A stretch of DNA of 64,000 bases from Oligoflexia bacterium (GCA_963758495.1 CAVWVI010000003.1:864001-928000); one strand, 5' to 3'; shown: positions 9,481 to 18,546, numbered from the stretch's first letter. Made by a program: numbers and translations. The notes: generated from the letters alone by a model not told the origin.

Positions 9481-10451
9481 ACTGCTTTCAATGGCAAAAT
9501 CACTCCTCTGATTATCTCGACGGAAATATGCCTACCCACCTCAAGCAAAAGGCTGACGATCATCTCAAGCAGTGCAGAGATTGCCGACAACACTACCATC
9601 ATTATCGACTCATCCTTACATCCATCACAAGACAACCTATGAAAACTCTCCCTGCCTCGCTGAAGAAAGCTCCCTTGCGGTTGGCAGTGCCACGACCTCA
9701 GTCGATTCGAATCAGACTTTCTCAATGGGAAAGAATACCTTGGTATCTCCGAACGCTCCTAGAAGGAGTTGGAATCGTTTTCATTATTCTTATTGCGATT
9801 TCGTCCGCACCTAAACTACGAACTCTCTATGAAAAAAATATTGAACGTAGCTTAAACGACTTTAAAGAAAGCCTCGATATAACCCCACCTCTCGCAGAGG
9901 AAATCGACCTTTCAGTTCCACCTTCGCAAGAAAAGCAATCTGCTGATCTAGGTAGCACTCCCTCATCAGAAGACGCTGTTTCAGGAGAAGATGAAGCTGA
10001 AGAGGCAGCTCCTAGTGAAATCAATGCTCCCGTAGGTAAATCACAGCTCTGGCGTTTTACTTTAAAAAGTGTCAGCCTCGATGAGATTCGACCCCAAGTG
10101 GTAAAAACCCTTAAAGACCTTGGGATCTCCCCTCATAGCACCGGAGCAGCCAAAATAGCCGAAACAGAAGGCCTTCAAGTTCCAGGAGGAATCGAGTTCA
10201 ATCTGATTCTTCCTGACAATCAGATCCCTGGCTTGAAAAATGCGCTAGAAAAGCTCGTCACACACCCCCTAGAACAAGGGACTTTAGCTTCTGGCGCAAG
10301 TTCTGGATCAACGTCAGGAGCTGGGCCAGGTAGTGGACCAAGTACTGGACCAAGTGGAAATGACAACTTCTCTTGGTATCGAGTGAAATCTAAGCGGGGT
10401 CTTCCAGAAGGAAAATCTCAGGTGGTCATTTGGTTAGCTCAGCCTAACTAG
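9477..10451 (+). CDS. Zinc-finger (zf-HC2) anti-sigma factor with TM and periplasmic domain
   Basis: MNC..SDYLDG..HLKQCRDC, one TM helix; ATGA overlap with the sigma stop. Confidence 0.8.
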   Translation: MNCFQWQNHSSDYLDGNMPTHLKQKADDHLKQCRDCRQHYHHYRLILTSITRQPMKTLPASLKKAPLRLAVPRPQSIRIRLSQWERIPWYLRTLLEGVGIVFIILIAISSAPKLRTLYEKNIERSLNDFKESLDITPPLAEEIDLSVPPSQEKQSADLGSTPSSEDAVSGEDEAEEAAPSEINAPVGKSQLWRFTLKSVSLDEIRPQVVKTLKDLGISPHSTGAAKIAETEGLQVPGGIEFNLILPDNQIPGLKNALEKLVTHPLEQGTLASGASSGSTSGAGPGSGPSTGPSGNDNFSWYRVKSKRGLPEGKSQVVIWLAQPN

Positions 10452-10465
10452 TCGCTGCCGCGAAA

Positions 10466-10489
10466 TAGTTCCTTTAGGGCTGCTTACAT
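10466..10489. repeat. REP-like hairpin repeat, copy A
   Basis: TAGTTCCTTTAGGGCTGCTTACAT, similar to copies at 16690 (reverse) and 55984. Confidence 0.65.
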
Positions 10490-11857
10490 TCACTGTTCAA
10501 AATTATTCATATTCCCCACTGTTTCGTCAGGAGACGTAACGTCTTGTAATGGCATCTTAGGGGTCGGCTGAATTTCACCAGAACGAATGAGATCTGAATT
10601 AATCTGATCTGCATTCAAAGCTTTCGGATCCAGAGTTACACTATTATACCCTACCCCGGGATTTGAAGAGTTCCCATTATTTGGGGGGAGTTTGATGCGT
10701 TCCATCCCTGTATAAAATTTAGGCTGTTGGAATTGTTTGCCATTCATTTTTTTCTGGTTAGAAGCTCCATTAGGCGCCCGATTAGACGGATTAGACAGAT
10801 TAGACGAAGGCGCATTCGCTTGTTGCTGCATACGGGCAGCCAAACCACTTGCCTGATCTATAAATATGCCTCTAGATTCTGCAAATATACCATAATTCGC
10901 ATCCTCTTCTGGATTCTTATCGTTATAGAACTTTTTTGCCTTCTCTTGGATCTCCTTCTGAGTCAAATTGGGATTTTTACCTTGAGCTTTAAGATAATCA
11001 TCCGCTTGAGTTCGATCTATTTTCCAAGCATCATTGGCAATCTTAAATTGCACTTCATTCGGTATGGGCTTCATGCCATTCATTTCTTTAACCGTAAATT
11101 TTTGATCAGGATCAAGCTGATTCGGATCTTTATAAATATCTTTATATTTTACATAGTCTGATGCTTGAGGTTGAGCATAGCCATGCTTAGCAAGACTCTC
11201 CGCATTCGCTGTATATTGTTTTATGATTTGATCATAGTCTTGTTGGGTCATCTTTTTAACCACACCATTAGGATCGCCTTCAAATTTCTTTTTAGCCCAG
11301 GCCTGTAAGTCTTTATAGGTTGGAAAGTAGGGCAATTGAGGTCTATCACTTCGCTGAATAGCAATGGTGGGAGCGTTTCCTGCGATCAAACAATTTCCCT
11401 TTTCGTCGAACTTCTCACAAGCGAGTCGGGCCTGCTCTTCATGACTCCCCAACATACTGTTTTGAATTTGGGTTAGAAACGGCTTTTGTAAAATATAATA
11501 ACGCTCAACACAGTTACTGATAGGCTCTTCAGGCTCGCAAAAATCACCTAGAATATTTTTTTGTCGTGCCTCCTCCCCATGAAGGCTGGCCATTTTTAAT
11601 TCACCGATCTTATTCAAGATGAAGTCGGCAATGAGAGAATTGACTTCCAGTGCTTTTTGATGTGCCTTCCCAATTTCCGGTGGATCTGGAATACTGGAAG
11701 GCCCAGAAGTAGGAAGAGGAGGTGGAGTCACTCCTTCAGCCTGTCCATTAAATTCCTCCAATCCTACCGCAAATGATATTTGAGAACACAAAGATAGAGA
11801 AAGACCGCAAAAGAGCAGCAAAATCAAAGTCAATTTGCGATCCTGTAAGGAGGTCAT
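10490..11857 (-). CDS. Hypothetical secreted protein
   Basis: 455-aa ORF with signal-peptide-like N-terminus, Cys pairs, Asn/Pro-rich C-terminus. Confidence 0.75.
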   Translation of the reverse strand: MTSLQDRKLTLILLLFCGLSLSLCSQISFAVGLEEFNGQAEGVTPPPLPTSGPSSIPDPPEIGKAHQKALEVNSLIADFILNKIGELKMASLHGEEARQKNILGDFCEPEEPISNCVERYYILQKPFLTQIQNSMLGSHEEQARLACEKFDEKGNCLIAGNAPTIAIQRSDRPQLPYFPTYKDLQAWAKKKFEGDPNGVVKKMTQQDYDQIIKQYTANAESLAKHGYAQPQASDYVKYKDIYKDPNQLDPDQKFTVKEMNGMKPIPNEVQFKIANDAWKIDRTQADDYLKAQGKNPNLTQKEIQEKAKKFYNDKNPEEDANYGIFAESRGIFIDQASGLAARMQQQANAPSSNLSNPSNRAPNGASNQKKMNGKQFQQPKFYTGMERIKLPPNNGNSSNPGVGYNSVTLDPKALNADQINSDLIRSGEIQPTPKMPLQDVTSPDETVGNMNNFEQ

Positions 11858-11947
11858 GATTCTTTCATTATAGCAAGAAGCATGACCCCTTCGCAGTGTT
11901 TTATTTAACTTTTAGTATTTATTAAATAGTCTCGTTAATTCAAAGAG

Positions 11948-12949
11948 TTACTTAACACTCACCAGGCGAAGTCCTACATCCGGGCTCGCATGGGCGGGAT
12001 TCGTAGGGATTCGCGCAGCAGATCGAACATTCCGAACGTCTAAGTACCAACTCCCCCCCCGAATCACCCGATTCGAGCTAGATGCTGAATAATACGTATC
12101 TGTTTGCTTAAAGATATTGCCTGATAAATTCCGAAATCCTCTTGCATTGGGCTGCACATAATCTACGTCTGAAGGACCCTCCAGATAATTTTTGCCAAAT
12201 ACTGCAAAAAAATTAATGGCTATCCGATCTTTACAATTAGCTCCAGAGTACCTGGAATGCTTGGCCGTAATTTTAACGGTTTTCCCAGGACGACTAGGAT
12301 CTCTAACTTCTTCTACATGACCTGGATCAAGAGGAATCGTAGTCGCATACTCAATCTGCTCTTCACTCGGTCTTTTGAATTGGAGTACTGTCGTCTTTGG
12401 GTAAGCCACAGGCCAAAGCTCGGCGACCTTTTGATTGAGCCTAGCAATATAGATATCCCATTCAGCGTAGGTTAACCCTCTTTGTGGTTTTTTAGAGTGA
12501 TTTTTTCCGCTACCCATTAAATAATCATAATTGGCTTCGGTCACATCATCTACTGCCATAAAGTAACCTTCTTTAATTTCCACATATTTTCGTGGCTCAT
12601 TGCTATTTGGATTAGGCTCGTCTGCTTCTCGCCCCATCACAAACGAGCCTGGCTCTACCCATTTCAAATCACCTACGCCAAGTTTTAGAAGTTTTTTCTG
12701 AGCCCATTGAGCTTGTCTTTCTGCAGCTTGATTTTGGGTTACATGATGAATGGTCTTGCATCCCTGATTGAAATGAAGCCAATCCTTCTGACTTAAGTAA
12801 TTGCTTACTTCATGGATGAGCGCATCAGGCAAATGCTGAAAGCTTCCATCGCCGTCTCCTCCTGCGAGACTCTGGGAGGAAACCATTAAAGTTAAAATAA
12901 AAACAGTTACCCAATTATATTTATACTTCATACAAAAGCCTTTTTTCAT
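11948..12949 (-). CDS. Secreted protein with F-box-like motif and FGE-sulfatase (SUMF1/CLec-fold) domain
   Basis: Signal peptide; FQHLPDALIHEVSNYLSQKDWLHFNQGCK; PGSFVMG, RPSEEQIEYA, NARGFRNLSGN, RVIRGGSW, RSAAR, GLRLV. Confidence 0.8.
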   Translation of the reverse strand: MKKGFCMKYKYNWVTVFILTLMVSSQSLAGGDGDGSFQHLPDALIHEVSNYLSQKDWLHFNQGCKTIHHVTQNQAAERQAQWAQKKLLKLGVGDLKWVEPGSFVMGREADEPNPNSNEPRKYVEIKEGYFMAVDDVTEANYDYLMGSGKNHSKKPQRGLTYAEWDIYIARLNQKVAELWPVAYPKTTVLQFKRPSEEQIEYATTIPLDPGHVEEVRDPSRPGKTVKITAKHSRYSGANCKDRIAINFFAVFGKNYLEGPSDVDYVQPNARGFRNLSGNIFKQTDTYYSASSSNRVIRGGSWYLDVRNVRSAARIPTNPAHASPDVGLRLVSVK

Positions 12950-12970
12950 ACCTTTCCTGAAAGCAAGTAG

Positions 12971-12986
12971 AGCAAGTATCAGACCG
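12971..12986 (-). promoter_or_regulatory. Possible sigma-54 -24/-12 promoter of the F-box/FGE gene
   Basis: Minus strand CGGTCTGATACTTGCT, GG-N10-GC spacing, 20-40 nt upstream of the start. Confidence 0.3.
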
Positions 12987-13198
12987 TTTTAATGCATTGC
13001 ATAATATGTTGTTTTTTAAGGTATTTTTGAGCCTACTCAAACAGATGAACCAAGAATGAGCCAGGAAGGTGTCTAAGCATTGAGCAAGTGCGCATTCTTT
13101 TTTGCTGTATGATTTTTTGCTGTGGAAGTTTTTCGCAATTTTGTCGCAATTGCACAAACCGTTACGCAGTGCTAGATTGCTGACCCACGGGAGTCATT

Positions 13199-14170
13199 AT
13201 GGCTGAAAGAATTCTGCATATGATCGGCTTCGGCAGCCAAGGCTCAGCCTGGGCGCAATGCCTGAAAGCTTCTGAATGGAAGGTTCGAATTTACTTGGAT
13301 CGCCAAGGGAAATCCTTCGATCGAGCTTGCGCGCTTGGATTTGAACCCTTGTCCCTCTCTGAGCTTCCACAATCCATTTCCTCAAATTCTGCTACACACT
13401 GGGTTGCCATGCTCTGCCCAGACTCACTGATTGCCTCTATTTATGAGGAATGGATCTCTCACTCTTCGGCAGAGATCCGCCTTATTTTAGCTCACGGTTA
13501 TAGTGTTTATTCAGATGAACTCCAATTGAAGAGTCCACGACATCAAGCAACTTTGCTAGCTCCCAAAGCCATTGGTCCTAAGTTACTCCAAGGGTTTCGA
13601 GATTCGTTTCCCCACCCTCACCGGTTGGTCGCTGCTTTTACCCGTCCTTCCTCCGAATCAGACTCAGAGTATCTGATTCAAATCGCTCGAAGCCTCGGAT
13701 TTGATCGAAAAGCACTTGTCCCTGCAAGTTTTGAAGAAGAAGCGATCGGCGATTTAATCTCAGAACAAGGTCTTCTTTGTGGTGGAGTTATGAATCTTTT
13801 AGAATGGACTCTGGAAGCAATGGCAAAAGCTGGAGTTCCCCCTGCACTCATTCGTGAAGAATGCCTTACAGAATTAGAACTCATCGCGGGTCTCCTCCGA
13901 GAAAAGGGTCCAGCAAAAACTTTTCAATCGATCAGTCAAGCGGCTCAAAGTGGAACCATTGCGATGGCCAACCGTTTGGAGTCATCTGGTTTCAAAAAGG
14001 AATTTTTAGCTCAAATAGCAAGCGTTCAAGATCGGAAATTTGTAAACTATTTTCAATCAGGAGATTGGCGTCAATCAGCCAATGACTTTACTGCACGCCT
14101 TTCACGTTGGGAAAAATACTTAGAAAAAGCTGACTTTAAAACTGATTCTCAGGAGAACCCTCTTTTATGA
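13199..14170 (+). CDS. Divergent ketol-acid reductoisomerase (IlvC)-like protein, candidate ketopantoate reductase
   Basis: IGFGSQG, LAHGY, APKAIG, SFEEEAIGDLISEQGLLCGG, EECLTELELI; ATGA overlap with panB. Confidence 0.8.
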   Translation: MAERILHMIGFGSQGSAWAQCLKASEWKVRIYLDRQGKSFDRACALGFEPLSLSELPQSISSNSATHWVAMLCPDSLIASIYEEWISHSSAEIRLILAHGYSVYSDELQLKSPRHQATLLAPKAIGPKLLQGFRDSFPHPHRLVAAFTRPSSESDSEYLIQIARSLGFDRKALVPASFEEEAIGDLISEQGLLCGGVMNLLEWTLEAMAKAGVPPALIREECLTELELIAGLLREKGPAKTFQSISQAAQSGTIAMANRLESSGFKKEFLAQIASVQDRKFVNYFQSGDWRQSANDFTARLSRWEKYLEKADFKTDSQENPLL

Positions 14171-14985
14171 GTTCCGAATTTTTAACTAAAGCAGTCACTG
14201 TCCCGTGGGTACGAGCACAAAAGGGTAAGCAAAAACTGACCATGCTCACTGCCTATGATTATCCGACCGCCGTATTACTCGACGAAACGGGAATTGATTT
14301 ACTTTTAGTGGGGGATAGTGTTGCAACAGTGATGTATGGAGAGCCGAATACACTTTCAGTAACTCTGGAGGATATGATCCGACATACACTCGCAGTTTCA
14401 CGCGGCGCAAAGCGCGCACTGGTTGTAGGAGATCTACCCTTCATGAGTTACCAGGTCAGTATTGAACAAGCACTCACCAGTGCTGGAAGAGTGCTTAAAG
14501 AAGGACATGCTCAAGCCATTAAGCTAGAAGGAGGCTCTGAGATTGCTCCCACGGTCAAGGCACTCACACGTGCAGGCATTCCGGTCGTTGGACATATTGG
14601 ACTCACCCCCCAAAGTATCAATACTCTTGGCACATACCGTATGCATGGAAAAACATTCGAAGAACGAAGCTACCTTCTTGAATCAGCCCAAGCTCTTTCC
14701 ACTGCCGGCGCGTTCGCTCTAGTGTTGGAATGCGTAGAAGAACATTTAGCGGAAGAAATTACTGAAGAAATTCCTATTCCGACCATTGGTATTGGTGCCG
14801 GCCAGAATTGCGATGGACAAGTCTTAGTTACCCAAGACCTCGTTGGACTGACCGTGGGTCGGATTCCTAAATTCGTTCATCCACTTGCGTCTCTTCGAGA
14901 ACCTTATCAACAAGCGATTGCTAGGTTCATCAAAAGAACACATCAGGAAGAGAAATCTGGAGACAACTTTGTTTCTAGCAATTGA
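14167..14985 (+). CDS. panB: 3-methyl-2-oxobutanoate hydroxymethyltransferase
   Basis: MLTAYDY, LLVGDS, DLPFMSY, KLEGG, GHIGLTPQS, IGIGAG..DGQVLV. Confidence 0.97.
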   Translation: MSSEFLTKAVTVPWVRAQKGKQKLTMLTAYDYPTAVLLDETGIDLLLVGDSVATVMYGEPNTLSVTLEDMIRHTLAVSRGAKRALVVGDLPFMSYQVSIEQALTSAGRVLKEGHAQAIKLEGGSEIAPTVKALTRAGIPVVGHIGLTPQSINTLGTYRMHGKTFEERSYLLESAQALSTAGAFALVLECVEEHLAEEITEEIPIPTIGIGAGQNCDGQVLVTQDLVGLTVGRIPKFVHPLASLREPYQQAIARFIKRTHQEEKSGDNFVSSN

Positions 14986-15757
14986 TGTTGGAAATACTCA
15001 CACCGTACTGGGTTATTTTTCTAAAAATCAGCTCCAAAAAACGTGGCGTGTATCCACTCATCCACTTTGTACGTCTGATGAATTTAAACTTAAATTAGAG
15101 ATGATTTTAAACTCTTCGGGAATGACTCTGAAAGAGGTGGGTGCTGTTGTCGTTTCGTCAGTGGTTCCACCCTTTACTCAAATGCTTCGCATGGCGTTTG
15201 AACCAAAAATTCTTCATATTATTGATCACACCTGGCCTTTTTCCTTTCATTTAAAAGCTAACCCGCCTCAGCAAGTAGGAGCAGATCGACTCGTCAATGC
15301 AGAAGCAGTCGTCAGGAATTATGGATATCCCAGCATTGTTGTAGATTCAGGCACTGCCACTACACTTTGTGCGATCACCAAAACTCCGCAAGGCGAAGCT
15401 GAATACTTAGGAGGAGCCATCATTCCTGGCATAGAACTCTCAATGGAAGCGCTTGTTAAAAATACTGCCCAGCTTTTCAAAGTTGAACTCACTCCGCCTC
15501 CGCAGGCCATAGGAAGAAACACCCAAGAAGCCCTCAGGAGCGGAATCGTTTTAGGTTATGCATCCATGATTGATGCCATGATCGATCGGTTCAAAAAAGA
15601 ACTTGGAAATCAGGATATCCCAGTCGTCGCAACCGGTGGGATTGGGCATTTAATGAAGGGACTCACAAAAGAAGTCACTCACTTTGAACCTGATTTAACC
15701 CTGATTGGAATTTCTTACCTTTATGACTCCATCCATGCCTCAATCCGACATCATTAG
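14969..15757 (+). CDS. coaX: Type III pantothenate kinase
   Basis: LAIDVGNTHT, SSVVP, VGADRLVN, VVDSGTATT, GGAIIPG, ATGG; TTG start after GGAG. Confidence 0.95.
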   Translation: MFLAIDVGNTHTVLGYFSKNQLQKTWRVSTHPLCTSDEFKLKLEMILNSSGMTLKEVGAVVVSSVVPPFTQMLRMAFEPKILHIIDHTWPFSFHLKANPPQQVGADRLVNAEAVVRNYGYPSIVVDSGTATTLCAITKTPQGEAEYLGGAIIPGIELSMEALVKNTAQLFKVELTPPPQAIGRNTQEALRSGIVLGYASMIDAMIDRFKKELGNQDIPVVATGGIGHLMKGLTKEVTHFEPDLTLIGISYLYDSIHASIRHH

Positions 15758-16688
15758 TCGAGACGTAACGCCTCGGCCTCGAATTTCATCCCCTCAAGTG
15801 TTTACGAAGATTTCAGAAATTCAAGAATGGCGTCATAGTATCCAGAGTACTGTCTGTGTGGGCTTTACCCCCACAATGGGAGCTTTACACGAAGGACATG
15901 CTACGCTTCTTAGAGCAGCCAGGGCACGCAGCGACTTTTCAGTGCTTTCCATTTTCGTCAATCCTACCCAATTTGGACCCAAAGAAGATCTGTCAAAGTA
16001 CCCTCGCACGTGGGAGCATGACTTGAAGGTAGCGGCTCACGAGGGAGTCGATATTATTTTTGCACCCTCTCCCGAAGAACTCTATCCACATGGATATTCA
16101 ACATTTGTGGAAGAGCTTGAACTGAGTCAACCCCTCTGTGGTCAATTCAGACCCGGCCATTTTCGAGGAGTCACTACGATTGTTTTGAAGTTATTCAATA
16201 TCGTTCAACCCCATCTAGCTCTTTTTGGAATGAAGGATGCACAACAGTTTTTTGTAATAGAAAAAATGGTTCGTGACCTCAATCTCAAGGTAGTGGTCGA
16301 AGGAATTCCCACAGTTCGCGAATCCGATGGGCTCGCATTGAGTTCTAGAAATGTCTATCTTTCAAAGGATGAGCGAGAACGCGCTCCATTGCTGTATAAG
16401 ACTCTTCTAAAAATTAAAGCGGCGTTGAAAGAACCGCTGAAAAAACCGTTGAAGAAAGAACCGTTGAAAGATGGGTTTGATCCTATTATTGATCTTCTGC
16501 CTTATACACAGTCTTTAGAAAAAGAAGGATTTCGGGTCCAATACTTAGAGTGCCTTCCGTTAAAAACGGGATTACAAACTGAGCTACAAACTAAAATACA
16601 AACTCGGCAATCCTACCTCATTGCAGTAGCGGCATACCTGGGCCAAACTCGACTGATTGATAACGTGATTTTGAGTGACTCACTATAA
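15723..16688 (+). CDS. panC: Pantoate--beta-alanine ligase
   Basis: PTMGALHEGH, SIFVNPTQF, RPGHFRGV, FGMKDAQQ, DGLALSSRN, RLIDN. Confidence 0.96.
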   Translation: MTPSMPQSDIISRDVTPRPRISSPQVFTKISEIQEWRHSIQSTVCVGFTPTMGALHEGHATLLRAARARSDFSVLSIFVNPTQFGPKEDLSKYPRTWEHDLKVAAHEGVDIIFAPSPEELYPHGYSTFVEELELSQPLCGQFRPGHFRGVTTIVLKLFNIVQPHLALFGMKDAQQFFVIEKMVRDLNLKVVVEGIPTVRESDGLALSSRNVYLSKDERERAPLLYKTLLKIKAALKEPLKKPLKKEPLKDGFDPIIDLLPYTQSLEKEGFRVQYLECLPLKTGLQTELQTKIQTRQSYLIAVAAYLGQTRLIDNVILSDSL

Positions 16689-16689
16689 G

Positions 16690-16721
16690 ATGTAAGCAGG
16701 CCCTAGAGGAACTACTTACAT
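16690..16721. repeat. REP-like hairpin repeat, copy B (most complete)
   Basis: ATGTAAGCAGGCCCTAGAGGAACTACTTACAT, self-complementary ends, directly after the panC stop. Confidence 0.65.
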
Positions 16722-16763
16722 TAGACTTTACATTTAAAAGCACTTAATTACCTCTCGATGAAA

Positions 16764-16898
16764 TTGACATTATAACGCTAATTTTTTAATTTAAATTGTC
16801 GTTATAAGGCAAATATATTTAAATGTATATATTTGCATAGGACATAAAATTACTTTATAATGTAGATATTATAGTTAAAGTTAACATTATAATGTGAA
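16764..16898 (+). promoter_or_regulatory. Four TTATAA-centred imperfect palindromes, candidate operators of the first HTH-HipA module
   Basis: TTGACATTATAACGCTAA 16764, TTGTCGTTATAAGGCAAA 16796, TACTTTATAATGTA 16851, TTAACATTATAATGTGAA 16881. Confidence 0.55.
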
Positions 16899-16901
16899 AT
16901 T

Positions 16902-17258
16902 ATGAAAAAATCCTCCTGGAAAGCCAGATCTCTCATGATTGACGCGGAAGAAGAATTAAAAATGCTTGGCCAAAATCTACGTATTGCAAGGGAACGGCGA
17001 AAGTTTGCCGTGACAGATTTGGCCAAACGACTCGATGTAGATCGTAGAGTCATCGATAAGCTTGAAAACGGTGACCCAACAGTATCGCTGGGTGCGCTTA
17101 TGCAAGTTTTAAATTTATTCGGCATGGTCAAAGGAATATCTCAATTTGCGGCCCCAGAGCACGACATCGAAGAGATCATTTTAGAAGCACGAAAATTTCG
17201 TAACGCAATCAAAACAAAAAAAGGGAAAACATTCTCGAAAGAAGAATTGGATTTTTAA
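16902..17258 (+). CDS. XRE-family HTH antitoxin (HipB-like)
   Basis: LGQNLRIARERR..DLAKRLDVDRRVIDKLENGDPTVSLG; stop overlaps the hipA start. Confidence 0.88.
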   Translation: MKKSSWKARSLMIDAEEELKMLGQNLRIARERRKFAVTDLAKRLDVDRRVIDKLENGDPTVSLGALMQVLNLFGMVKGISQFAAPEHDIEEIILEARKFRNAIKTKKGKTFSKEELDF

Positions 17259-18505
17259 TGGCAAAGAAAATTACCGTATTTGTATTTATAGAAAATACAT
17301 TTGTACCAGCTGGACTCCTCAGTTTTGAATCTTCTGGTAGAAATTCCTATTCTATTTTCCAATACGGAAGGAAGTACCTTCAAAGAAAAGACGCCATCAG
17401 TATTGACCCCATTCAACTTCCCCTGGAAGACAAGGAATTTCAGACCCCCGAAGGTTTTCAGCTATTTAATGGAATTAGAGACGCCGGCCCAGACAAATGG
17501 GGACGATACTTACTTGATAAAAAGTTTAAACACGGTCTAGATGAAATCGATTACATCATAGCATCCAGTCTAGATAGAGCTGGGGCATTAGCTTTTGGAG
17601 ATCATCCTGAGGAAGCGCCCAAAGTCCTCACTGCAGATGGGTTTATGAAAACTATGCAGATGAAGCGACTTGATCTCAAAGCAATTCTCACCGCTGTCGA
17701 TACAGCACTACAGGGACAAAAGGAAGAAACGTTAAAGGATTTCTTAGACTATGGCCCCTCTCTAGGCGGAGCACGACCTAAATCCACAGTAGAGTGGAAT
17801 GGAAAACCTTACATCGCAAAATTTTCTGTATCGTTAGACCAAAGAAATGAAGCCCTTATCGAATATGCAACCATGAGTCTCGCAAAGAAATGCGGATTAA
17901 ATACTCCCCATATTGAAAAAACAACTATTGAAACATCTCCAACAAACAAAAGAAACGTCTACCTTATAGAACGATTTGACCGAATAAAAAATAAAGACAA
18001 AGTCTTTTGTCCTGTTCCTTTTATCTCGGGACTTACTGCCACAGGCATCCACGAGGCCGATTATCCAAGATGGAGTTACAGATCTCTTTGCGAAGCCATA
18101 CTCAAATTTAGCTCAAACCCAACCCGAGATAAAACTGAGTTATTTAAAAGAGTCATTTTCAATATCATGGTTTTCAATAACGATGATCACTTGAGAAACC
18201 ACGGATTTCTCTATGCAGGAAACAACAACTGGGACCTATCTCCACTTTACGATGTAGTTCCGTCTACGATCCATTCGGAAACCTACACGCTATCCCTTAA
18301 ACTAGGAGATGAAGGCAATAAAGCTTCAATACGAAACGCAATGAGCGCTCTAAAATACTTTGATATTTCAGGGGGAGATGCAAAGTCAATTATCGGAGAT
18401 ATAAAAACTACTGTCTCTCACTGGGAAGATCACTTCCAGGAATGCGGAGTTTCTCCTACCGATATTGAAAAAATTAGAAATAGCTTCAAAGATAAAGAGG
18501 TTTAG
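17258..18505 (+). CDS. hipA: HipA-family kinase toxin (module 1)
   Basis: DAGPDKWG, SLGGARPK, IAKF, ERFDR, NNDDHLRNHGF, LSPLYD. Confidence 0.92.
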   Translation: MAKKITVFVFIENTFVPAGLLSFESSGRNSYSIFQYGRKYLQRKDAISIDPIQLPLEDKEFQTPEGFQLFNGIRDAGPDKWGRYLLDKKFKHGLDEIDYIIASSLDRAGALAFGDHPEEAPKVLTADGFMKTMQMKRLDLKAILTAVDTALQGQKEETLKDFLDYGPSLGGARPKSTVEWNGKPYIAKFSVSLDQRNEALIEYATMSLAKKCGLNTPHIEKTTIETSPTNKRNVYLIERFDRIKNKDKVFCPVPFISGLTATGIHEADYPRWSYRSLCEAILKFSSNPTRDKTELFKRVIFNIMVFNNDDHLRNHGFLYAGNNNWDLSPLYDVVPSTIHSETYTLSLKLGDEGNKASIRNAMSALKYFDISGGDAKSIIGDIKTTVSHWEDHFQECGVSPTDIEKIRNSFKDKEV

Positions 18506-18510
18506 ATTTT

Positions 18511-18536
18511 AGCCGCCATAGAACCGTGTCCTCCGC
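18511..18536. repeat. 26-bp direct repeat of rplQ 3' coding sequence (att-like), partner at 20349-20374
   Basis: AGCCGCCATAGAACCGTGTCCTCCGC vs AGCTGCCATAGAACCGTGTCCTCCGC, 25/26 identical. Confidence 0.85.
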
Positions 18537-18546
18537 TCTAAATTTT

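Noticed and set aside
12053..12060. C8/G8 tract as a phase-variation switch
   Set aside because: Explained by the conserved RGG codons; a single short tract
11948..12100. DGR variable region in the FGE-domain gene
   Set aside because: No template repeat, reverse transcriptase or avd is visible in the window; the fold alone is not evidence
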